From the NCBI GenBank assembly GCA_043732305.1, contig JAYTHU010000053.1, positions 1 through 16,020 of the forward strand: DNA of 16,020 nt, given 5' to 3'. The stretch comes from Oligoflexia bacterium. GTDB taxonomy: Bacteria; Bdellovibrionota; Bdellovibrionia; JABDDW01. Positions 8,298 through 16,020 of this stretch are shown one piece after another. The notes below the pieces were generated by a model, which ran no database searches, was not told the origin of the DNA, and saw only the letters and a list, made by a program, of their open reading frames with translations. The position numbers were made by a program, and so were the translations under genes. Within the stretch, counting starts at the first letter, position 1, and each line of letters begins with the position of its first letter.

Positions 8298-9013
8298 GTT
8301 TGATAAAAAATAACACCGGCGGAAATAAGATGTCTGATTATTTATTGCAAGTGGAGAGTCTGAAAAAAACTTATTCGCGTGGAGACCTCAGGGTCAATGC
8401 GTTAGGCGGGGTGACGCTGGATATTCCTCCCGGGCAATTTGTTGCTGTCATGGGAGCATCGGGGTCGGGAAAATCCACGCTACTGCATTTGATCGGCGGT
8501 CTTGACCGGGCAAGCGCAGGTTCTGTCATTATTGACGGTCAAGAAATCAGCAAACTTGGCGACAAAGAACTTTCTCATTTTAGAAGACGTAAGCTTGGAT
8601 TTATTTTTCAGTTTTTTAATTTATTACCGACCATGACTGCACTTGAAAATGTAGCGCTTCCTTGGCTACTTGATGGAAAGAAACTTTCTGAGGTTTCTGA
8701 CAAAGCCTTAGCACTTCTTCACGATCTTGGCCTTTCGAAAAGGGCTGATCACACTCCACATCAATTGTCAGGCGGAGAAATGCAAAGAGTTGCAATTGCG
8801 CGAGCCTTAGTGGCCGATCCCGTTTTGATTTTGGCCGATGAGCCTACTGGAAACTTGGATAGTAAAACTGGCGAAAGTGTTCTTAAAATTTTATCTGACA
8901 TGGCCAAACATAAAAAACAAACAATTGTTATGGTCACCCATTCTAAAGATGCCGCCAGTCATGCGGACCGTTTGATCACCATGAGGGACGGTCTCATTGA
9001 TCAATCTATTTAA
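8294..9013 (+). CDS. ABC transporter ATP-binding protein, LolD/MacB family
   Basis: Walker [51 protein letters not shown] overlap with the upstream stop; alternative ATG start at 8330. Confidence 0.95.
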   Translation: MSLIKNNTGGNKMSDYLLQVESLKKTYSRGDLRVNALGGVTLDIPPGQFVAVMGASGSGKSTLLHLIGGLDRASAGSVIIDGQEISKLGDKELSHFRRRKLGFIFQFFNLLPTMTALENVALPWLLDGKKLSEVSDKALALLHDLGLSKRADHTPHQLSGGEMQRVAIARALVADPVLILADEPTGNLDSKTGESVLKILSDMAKHKKQTIVMVTHSKDAASHADRLITMRDGLIDQSI

Positions 9014-11606
9014 ATATGTCGGCCTGAGACATTTGCGTCTGAGGCCCATGAGAACATTGCTTACAGTTTTGGGAGTGGCTTTTGGAGTGATGTTGTTTGT
9101 GGCTATTCAATCCATCAACAGATCCACACTCATGTCTTTTCAAGACAGCATGGAAGCCATTTCAGGAAAAGCAAGTTTGGTGATCACCGGCGGGACTACT
9201 GGGTTTCCGGAAAAAAAACTAGAAGATTTGCGAGAGTTTAAAGAAATTAGATTCACTGCACCCCTCGTTGAAAATCCAGCGTATTTTACAACCAAGAGTC
9301 AAAAAGACGAGAATCTAGTTATCTTGGGCGTCGACATGCTTAAAGAATCGAGCATTCGCAGTTATAAAACCACTGACGATGAAATCATGGATGATCCGCT
9401 GATCTTTCTCAATCAACCTGATAGCGTGATTGTCACCAAGGAATTTGCTGACAGAAACAATCTTAAAATCGATTCCAAAATTGAAGTCGCTTCCGTTGCT
9501 GGAAAAAAGCTTCTCACCATTCGTGGACTTCTCACACCGGAAGGAACTGCCAAAGCTTATGGCGGTGCGCTTGCCATCATGGATATTGATGGGGCTAGAG
9601 AAACTTTTGGTAAAGTTGGAAAGGTCGATCGCATTGACCTTGTGACAAAAAAAGATGTCGATCCCGATGAACTTGCTTTGAGAATCGGCAAACTGCTTGG
9701 GCCAGGATATAAAGTGGAGAGGCCTCAAGAAAATTCCAAGGCCATGGAAAAATTGGTAAAATCCTATCAAGTCCTCCTGAGCTTTTTCTCAACACTTGCT
9801 CTTCTTGTGAGTGTGTTTCTCGTGGTCAATACCGTGGGAATATCAGTTGCTGAAAGAAAACGAGAGATTGGAACTTTGCGAGCGCTGGGAGCATTAAAAA
9901 TTTCAATTACCGCCCTTTTTATTTCTGAAGCTTTTGTCATGGGGCTCATCGGTTCGGTTTTTGGAGTAGGCTTTGGCAGAGTTTTGGCCAGTCAGATGAT
10001 TGGCTTGGTCTCAAGGTCAATTTCAGGGCAATACGTTATGCCTATTCACATCAATAAAATTTATTTTGGTTCTGACCAAATAGTAAGCGGGATAATTTTA
10101 GGAACTCTCGCCTCTACACTCGCCGCAACATGGCCTTCTTTCAGAGCCGCACAAATCAAACCACTTGAAGCTATGAAAAAAGTTGGTGGTGAAGTCACTG
10201 CCAGACAAAAAATCACTGGCACAGGATTTTACATCGGACTTGCAATGCTCATTTATTTAGTCATCTCGTCCTTCTTAGGTTGGGGCCACAAATATTATAT
10301 TTTTGAAATCGTTGGTCAAGGATGCACGATTATTGGTTCAGCACTTGTTGCTCCGACACTTGTCACATCTATGATTTTAGTCTTTAAAAAACTTTTTTCC
10401 CGCAGCAAGAATACCGTTTTGAGATTCGCCGAAGACAATTTACTTCGCTATCCCCAACGGACGGGTAGCAATGTCATGACACTTTTGATAGGTCTGATCT
10501 TGGTTATAATGGTTTCAGCTTTAAATAGTAGTTTTAAGGACACGCTTAACTCTTGGTTTTTGAAAGTTCTCAAAGCCGATATTGTGGTTCATTCGAGCGG
10601 CAAGCTTTCAAGTTTTCAGTCTCAGCCATTAGATGAAAAAGTTGGCCATGAACTTGAAAAAGTTCCCGGCATCTTAATGGGCCCGGAGCGCGGAGTTTAC
10701 GGAATGCGCTTTATTCATTTTAATTTTGAAGACAAGCAATTAGGAATGAAGGCACTGGATAAACCAGATCCATCAATTCACTTTGCTACAATCGCGCTAA
10801 AAAGTAGTGGCGACATTCAAAAAGTCGGCGAGCGATTATTTGATGAAGAAAAGAATCTTAACGAACCATCAATATTGGTTTCCGAAATATTTACTTCGCA
10901 TCACCACTATCAAGCTGGAGATTCTGTTGTCATAAACACACCCACCGGTGCTGTGAAATTTAAAATTTTAGATGTGATGATAGATTATGCTTCACCTGAA
11001 GGCATGATTTATATTTCAAGACCAACCTTTAAGCGATATTGGCAAGACAACTTAGTGGATGGATTTTCACTTAATGTGTTGCCGGGGGTAGATCCAAACA
11101 CGGTGAGACGGGAAATCGAAAGTAAATTTGGCAAAGAGAAAAATCTGATCACCGTTTCGCAAAAAGAATTGCGCGAACAAGTTCTCATGGAAGTGGATAG
11201 TAGCTTCGCCTACACAAAAGCGATTGAAGCTGCGGCTCTTTTGGTGGGAATGCTGGGACTTTTTAACACATTTCTCATTAGCGTTATGGAGCGAACTCGA
11301 GAGCTCGGAATGCTGCGAGCGATTGGAATGGAGCGAGCCCAAGTGGTTTGGATGATTTTGAGTGAAGCCGTTCTGCAAGGTGGATTTGGAGCGGCCGTTG
11401 CCGTGATTTTGGGTGGTGGCATCTCTTATATTTTTGTTAAAAATGATCTGACCTACATGTTGGGGTGGATTGTGGATTTTTCGTTCCCTTGGACCATTGT
11501 TGTAATCACCATGGGATTGGGAGTTTTCGTGTCTTGCCTCGCTGCTATTTATCCGGCGATTGTCGCCTCTCGTTTAGAAATTCGTGATGCATTGGAGTAC
11601 GAATGA
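8997..11606 (+). CDS. ABC transporter permease, duplicated MacB_PCD/FtsX (type VII ABC)
   Basis: Two homologous halves, each with a TM helix, a large periplasmic domain and an FtsX segment: ERKREIGTLRALGA and ERTRELGMLRAIGM. TTG start overlaps the ATPase gene. Confidence 0.92.
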   Translation: MINLFKYVGLRHLRLRPMRTLLTVLGVAFGVMLFVAIQSINRSTLMSFQDSMEAISGKASLVITGGTTGFPEKKLEDLREFKEIRFTAPLVENPAYFTTKSQKDENLVILGVDMLKESSIRSYKTTDDEIMDDPLIFLNQPDSVIVTKEFADRNNLKIDSKIEVASVAGKKLLTIRGLLTPEGTAKAYGGALAIMDIDGARETFGKVGKVDRIDLVTKKDVDPDELALRIGKLLGPGYKVERPQENSKAMEKLVKSYQVLLSFFSTLALLVSVFLVVNTVGISVAERKREIGTLRALGALKISITALFISEAFVMGLIGSVFGVGFGRVLASQMIGLVSRSISGQYVMPIHINKIYFGSDQIVSGIILGTLASTLAATWPSFRAAQIKPLEAMKKVGGEVTARQKITGTGFYIGLAMLIYLVISSFLGWGHKYYIFEIVGQGCTIIGSALVAPTLVTSMILVFKKLFSRSKNTVLRFAEDNLLRYPQRTGSNVMTLLIGLILVIMVSALNSSFKDTLNSWFLKVLKADIVVHSSGKLSSFQSQPLDEKVGHELEKVPGILMGPERGVYGMRFIHFNFEDKQLGMKALDKPDPSIHFATIALKSSGDIQKVGERLFDEEKNLNEPSILVSEIFTSHHHYQAGDSVVINTPTGAVKFKILDVMIDYASPEGMIYISRPTFKRYWQDNLVDGFSLNVLPGVDPNTVRREIESKFGKEKNLITVSQKELREQVLMEVDSSFAYTKAIEAAALLVGMLGLFNTFLISVMERTRELGMLRAIGMERAQVVWMILSEAVLQGGFGAAVAVILGGGISYIFVKNDLTYMLGWIVDFSFPWTIVVITMGLGVFVSCLAAIYPAIVASRLEIRDALEYE

Positions 11607-12403
11607 GAAATATTTTAATTTTAATGGCTATTGTTTTTTTCGGCAGTTCAGTCTGGGCACTTTCTGCAAAAGAAATCATGCTGAAAAACGAAGATGTAAA
11701 AAAACTTCGTGATGTCACTTCAAATGCGAAGCTTGTCACCGGTGGTGGTGGGAAACCTGAGAGGACAAAAGACTTCAGTTGGTGGAGAAAAATTTCCTCA
11801 GATAAAGTGCATTTCAAAACACTCACGCGTTTTCATGCTCCGGCAGAAGTAAAAAACGAAGGCATATTGTTTTTAGAAGCAAGCGGGGACCAGGCCGAAG
11901 TTTTGATCTATCTCCCTAGCTATAAAAAAATCAGAAGAGTCGAGAGTGGGCAGCAAAGTGGTTCATTCATGGGTTCGGAGTTCTCCTATTCCGATATCGC
12001 CGCTCCGCACGTTGAGGATTTCGATTACAAACTTCTTCGAGAAGAAAGTTGCCCTGATTACGCTGGTGTAGGACTTAAATGTTCTGTCATCGAATATTCG
12101 CCAAATAAGGATTCCATTCTCGATCGAACAGGATCAGCTAAAGGAATCATTTGGATTCGCCAAGACAATTTCATGGATGTAAAAATCGAAGTGTATGATC
12201 TCGACAAAAAACTCTGGAAAATCATGGAAGCAACGGAGACCGCCGAAATTTCCTCGAAAGACCACAAATGGATGTCTGAGCATTTAAAAATGGAAAATAT
12301 AAAAACCAAACGCTACACGATTTTCACCTTCCGTAACGTCAAGGCGAATCAAGATGTGAGTGACGCTATCTTCACTCAACAAAATCTCAGTAAAGAAGAT
12401 TAG
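11603..12403 (+). CDS. LolA-like outer-membrane lipoprotein-sorting protein
   Basis: Signal peptide, then RFHAPAEVKNEGIL, IYLPSYKKIRRV, GSFMGSEFSYSD and IFTQQNL, all characteristic of the LolA_like family. ATGA overlap with the permease gene. Confidence 0.85.
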   Translation: MRNILILMAIVFFGSSVWALSAKEIMLKNEDVKKLRDVTSNAKLVTGGGGKPERTKDFSWWRKISSDKVHFKTLTRFHAPAEVKNEGILFLEASGDQAEVLIYLPSYKKIRRVESGQQSGSFMGSEFSYSDIAAPHVEDFDYKLLREESCPDYAGVGLKCSVIEYSPNKDSILDRTGSAKGIIWIRQDNFMDVKIEVYDLDKKLWKIMEATETAEISSKDHKWMSEHLKMENIKTKRYTIFTFRNVKANQDVSDAIFTQQNLSKED

Positions 12404-12408
12404 AGCTT

Positions 12409-13740
12409 ATGAAAAGTTTTTCAGTGAGCGCCTTTTTTACTGCTCTGGTGTTGTTTGCTGTGAGCGCGCATGCCGAAAATGAATTTCATTTGAGTGGTCG
12501 TGTCTACGATGACACTTACTTTTCTACACAAAATCTCTATGGAAAATCTCTTGAACAGGAAAATATTTCTGCATGGCTTCAAGTTGATGCCAAATTAAAT
12601 GACAATTATTATTTTCGAGCGATCTACAAAGGTGACGGATTTGAAGCGAACAATTCCGCAATCGTCCGTGGCGCATCTCAAACCACGTGGATGTCTGATT
12701 GGAGAGAAGCTTACGGAGAATATCGTCAAGATTCCCTAATCGTAAGAGCCGGAAAGCAGATCATCGCTTGGGGTAAATCAGATGGCGTCAATCCAACAGA
12801 TTATTTCTCAGCTCATGACTACAGTTATTTAAATCCTGACGACGAAGTGCGAAGAATTTCTGGTTTAGCACTACTTTTGAGTTTTACTCCGGATGCTGGG
12901 GGCTCGCCGTGGACATTCACTTTTGTTTCTCAATTTATGTTTCCTCAAGGTCTGGCTTTGATTCCACCCGCTCTCATTCCTAATGGGATAACCATTGGAG
13001 GAGCTCCCCAGTACGCAGTGAATTTCGATAATACCGAATATGGTTTCAAGACGAATTACTCTGGAAGGGGATGGGATGCCAGTCTTAGTTTGTTTCGTGG
13101 ATTCAACCATCAAGAGCAGTTCTCACTCACGCAGTACCAATTGAACGGATCAAATCTTGTAGCAAATTTCAGTCAGATATTTAATCGAGTGTTGGCTGTG
13201 GGTGTCGACGGTTCCAAAAATTTTGGAAAGTGGGTGGCTAGGCTTGAAGGGGCTTATTTTCGCACTGACAATGATTCTGCCCTAAACATGTTAAGCATTC
13301 CCTCTCACCTGGACGCAGTCGCAGGAATAGAACGTCCCGTCGGGGATGATTTCAGAATTTCAGGCCAACTCTTAATTAGATATTTTCCAAATTATAGTTC
13401 ACTCACTCAAGCAATTGGACCTGATCTTTTTTCACAACAATTAAATTTACAGTTAGCTTCCGCCAATGCGCTTCTCTTGCAATATCAAGATCGCACTCGA
13501 CCTAGCGGGAGTCTGCGACTCGCTTGGGCTCCGGGCGACACGGATTGGAGTGCTGAAGTTTTTTATATTTACAGCTGTGCCGGCGGAGACTACTTGGTTC
13601 GGCCACAGGTGAACTATCGACCGATCGACAATTTTAAATTGACGTTAGGATCGGACAACTACGGTGGTGATCCGGCGAAACCACTCGGAAGTTTAAAACC
13701 ATATAACTCGGTTTATTTCGAAGCGAAATACGATTTTTAA
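12409..13740 (+). CDS. Outer-membrane beta-barrel, DUF1302-like
   Basis: Signal peptide ending AHA, REAYGEY, RAGKQIIAWGKSDGVNPTD, alternating strands and C-terminal YFEAKYDF. Confidence 0.75.
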   Translation: MKSFSVSAFFTALVLFAVSAHAENEFHLSGRVYDDTYFSTQNLYGKSLEQENISAWLQVDAKLNDNYYFRAIYKGDGFEANNSAIVRGASQTTWMSDWREAYGEYRQDSLIVRAGKQIIAWGKSDGVNPTDYFSAHDYSYLNPDDEVRRISGLALLLSFTPDAGGSPWTFTFVSQFMFPQGLALIPPALIPNGITIGGAPQYAVNFDNTEYGFKTNYSGRGWDASLSLFRGFNHQEQFSLTQYQLNGSNLVANFSQIFNRVLAVGVDGSKNFGKWVARLEGAYFRTDNDSALNMLSIPSHLDAVAGIERPVGDDFRISGQLLIRYFPNYSSLTQAIGPDLFSQQLNLQLASANALLLQYQDRTRPSGSLRLAWAPGDTDWSAEVFYIYSCAGGDYLVRPQVNYRPIDNFKLTLGSDNYGGDPAKPLGSLKPYNSVYFEAKYDF

Positions 13741-13799
13741 ACACAATTAGTTTTTACATAGTAATATTTATAGATATTTATGCGATGGAAAGAGGCTGA

Positions 13800-14069
13800 A
13801 TGGCAATCCCAGAATTTACAAAAGTAGAAAAAGGCGAGTTGGTTTTGGATGTGAGAACTGCTGCTGAATTTGCTCAAGAGCATTTCAAAGGGAGTATAAA
13901 CATTCCTCTTCAAGATTTGCCTTCGAGATTTGAGGAACTCCAATCAAATTGGAAATTACTTGTGTGCTGTGCTGCAGGCGTTCGAAGCGAAGCAGCCGTA
14001 GGTTTTTTAAAAACCAAAGGCTTCATTAACTTATTGAATGTTGGTTCTTGGACCCAGTTACGGAGCTGA
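13800..14069 (+). CDS. Single-domain rhodanese-like sulfurtransferase
   Basis: LDVRTAAEFAQEHFKGSINIPL and active-site loop CCAAGVRS (CxxGxR). GAGG RBS. Confidence 0.9.
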   Translation: MAIPEFTKVEKGELVLDVRTAAEFAQEHFKGSINIPLQDLPSRFEELQSNWKLLVCCAAGVRSEAAVGFLKTKGFINLLNVGSWTQLRS

Positions 14070-15026
14070 GGCAGCACTCGCTGCAGCTACAGGCGCCGAA
14101 GCTGCGCTTGCGCCCAAAGCCGGGGGGGCAGGCGGTGTCAATGAAGCTGGGGGCGCACAAAATTTTGCGGTCAGTGCTGCATTAACGGCTGCCACTGAAT
14201 CCTTTTCTAGCTTCGATGCGTCCACTTGATTTGCGCAGAGATCTGCGACATAAGTTTCCAAATAAAGAGCGTTCGATTTTAAATCTACACCTAATTTTGT
14301 TTTTAGGTCTGCTGAATTCAAACATGCTGATTGAGCTTGGATAACCTGCGCTGTCGATTCTCCAGAATTTACAATATCCATTGCTGTAGTGTCTTGAGTT
14401 GAACCATCGACATTATTTTTCAGAGCATTCAGAGAGAAGATGCGTAGCGAAGCAGTTTTGTTTTCGGTAATTCCTTTTATTGGGATGGGTAAAGCAGGAC
14501 TAAAAGCAGTTGCTTTCGTTCTGTTGGGGAGAATCCATAAACGAGGATCAGCCTCTGGCAAGAAAGCCACTTTCACGGCTGCAGACGTCAGGCAGGCTTT
14601 CACTATTGGATCATCTAGCTCACAGTAGCCAGCATTGGTCCCTGAAATTCTGTTCAAACTTTTTTGCGCTTGTCCGATGTGACGGTAAAAAGACTTAGCC
14701 GAGCCGGCCAACCGAGTTGTGACTTTGTCCATGCTGGCTTTTATCAGATCGACTTGTTTCTTGAATATCAAAAGATTTGTGCGAAATTGACGATCGCAAA
14801 TTGGAGTAAGATCAGATGTTGAGAGATATTCTCCAACGATTGGATCAAATTGCAGTCCGTATTGAGCCATGGAAACTTCAGAGGCCACAATGACATTATT
14901 AAAATTATTATCCATTTGAGAATAGTCGGGACCAGTTGGATTTCCTTGCGTGCCGCAAGCATTTATCGCGATTGCCGCGACGACGATTAAAAACATAGAC
15001 GAAATGCGAAGGTAAGTAAATTTCAT
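14058..15026 (-). CDS. Hypothetical lipoprotein, Cys-rich with a Pro/Ala-rich C-terminal tail
   Basis: AAAGGAG RBS, signal peptide with lipobox INA-C, six further Cys and a low-complexity tail PPASLTPPAPPALGASAASAP. Confidence 0.8.
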   Translation of the reverse strand: MKFTYLRISSMFLIVVAAIAINACGTQGNPTGPDYSQMDNNFNNVIVASEVSMAQYGLQFDPIVGEYLSTSDLTPICDRQFRTNLLIFKKQVDLIKASMDKVTTRLAGSAKSFYRHIGQAQKSLNRISGTNAGYCELDDPIVKACLTSAAVKVAFLPEADPRLWILPNRTKATAFSPALPIPIKGITENKTASLRIFSLNALKNNVDGSTQDTTAMDIVNSGESTAQVIQAQSACLNSADLKTKLGVDLKSNALYLETYVADLCANQVDASKLEKDSVAAVNAALTAKFCAPPASLTPPAPPALGASAASAPVAAASAASAP

Positions 15027-15164
15027 GACTAATCTCCTTTGAGAGTGTTTGGACCATACCTGATTTTACCGCTTAGTACATCGGATTTTAGGCCCGTAGC
15101 ATCATTATGGAAAAGAATTCATAGAATTGGCTCAATTTAGACAATCAAATTGCCCTCTCCATAA

Positions 15165-15842
15165 TTAATTGGGGTTTGGCATAGTGTAGTAAAAATCATC
15201 AGTGTTTATGTGGTGATGGTTGAGGTAGCCGCATCATTGGAGAATTTTGTTTTGGAAGGAGCGTTGGTTGGAGTAATTGCAGTATACTCTTTTGAGTATT
15301 TTGATCTTGTTGTTGAGGCCCTCAGAGACGGCTGTTGTGAGTCTTGATTTTATATAGGCTTCAATATTGTGGTGATATTTTTTAATTAACGCGGCCAGTT
15401 TTCTGAAGGGTTTTAATTTTGATTCTCGAACTAGATGTAGCCATTGAACAAGGGCTTTTCTAAATCTTAAAACTGTTTTGTGATCAAACAGCACGTGGAA
15501 GCTTTCAACAAGGAGCATTCCATTGTTGATGTTGGTATTATAAAAACGCAGCTTCTCAAGCCATTTAAATTCTGTTTTGGTGAGGTTCTTTTTTCGATCC
15601 ACAAGAACAAATCTTCTGGATGCAGAGACCATTCCTTCTTGGAAAATATCTTTATTTTGTTGAGCTTTTTTAAATTCAGATTTTCTTACTTCATCAAAAC
15701 TTTTATTCACCGCTTGCGCTAAATGGAACCGATCCACACATATTTCTGCGTTGGGAAGATTTGCAACTGCTGATTTAATAAACGCATCGTGCATGTCCAC
15801 GGCCATCATCTCAACCGCCAACTTCTGACCAGGCGAGAGCAC
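15165..15842 (-). pseudogene. ISL3-family transposase remnant (C-terminal half, internal stop)
   Basis: MAVDM, VDRFHL and AVSEGLNNKIKILKR motifs. The N-terminus is missing (in-frame TAG just upstream of 15842). After TGA at 15236-15234 the frame continues as CGYLNHHHINTDDFYYTMPNPN* to 15165. Confidence 0.85.
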
Positions 15843-15895
15843 ACAGCCCTAGTTCCACCGCCCAGAATGCACCTCATCAGATACCACGGTGTTTT

Positions 15896-16020
15896 GTAAG
15901 CGCTCCATCGCGCCCATCTTTTCAGCCTTCTTTTTTATGGCATGATAGAGGATTTGGCGGGCTCAGGAGAAGTTCTGTGAGTCTTTCGTAGTCATCTGCA
16001 GTTTTGGCGTATGGAAGTTG
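15896..16020 (-). mobile_element. IS66-family element, right end (continues beyond window)
   Basis: Terminal IR starts GTAAGCGCTCCATCGCGCCCATC at 15896, the typical IS66 GTAAGCG end, adjacent to a TnpC-like C-terminus. Confidence 0.75.
15922..16020 (-). CDS. C-terminus of a putative IS66 transposase TnpC (partial)
   Basis: Translates QLPYAKTADDYERLTELLLSPPNPLSCHKKEG*, resembling the LPxAxTxxDYExL tail of IS66 TnpC. It stops 26 bp inside the IR end. Confidence 0.65.
   Translation of the reverse strand, partial: QLPYAKTADDYERLTELLLSPPNPLSCHKKEG

Noticed and set aside
9315..15722. Numerous short alternative-frame or antisense ORFs inside the permease, LolA-like, barrel, lipoprotein and ISL3 genes
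   Set aside because: They overlap well-supported genes and show no independent coding signal.
1..16020. CRISPR array or rRNA
   Set aside because: No regularly spaced 25-40 bp repeats or rRNA-like sequence were seen.

Overview
Bacterial chromosomal window of roughly 40% GC (estimated by eye). Gene style (vWA lipoprotein, AlgE-like barrel, Cys-rich lipoproteins) tentatively suggests Bdellovibrionota; this is inference. Left end (1-3046): probable genomic island abutting the 3' end of tRNA-Pro(TGG), with the end of an IS3 element, an intact GmrSD-like (DUF262+DUF1524) restriction gene, a 61-aa membrane peptide, and att-arm-like TGTTACC repeats plus palindromes. Middle: an AlgE-like outer-membrane barrel, a vWA/MIDAS lipoprotein, a hypothetical protein and folE. 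Divergent from folE is a tightly coupled operon encoding an MBL hydrolase, a LolD/MacB-type ATPase, a duplicated FtsX/MacB permease, a LolA-like protein and a DUF1302-like barrel, followed by a rhodanese gene. This operon looks like a self-contained trans-envelope trafficking system lacking an MFP, TolC and RND pump, and is the most interesting locus here. Right end: a Cys-rich lipoprotein, a decayed ISL3 transposase and the right end of an IS66 element.
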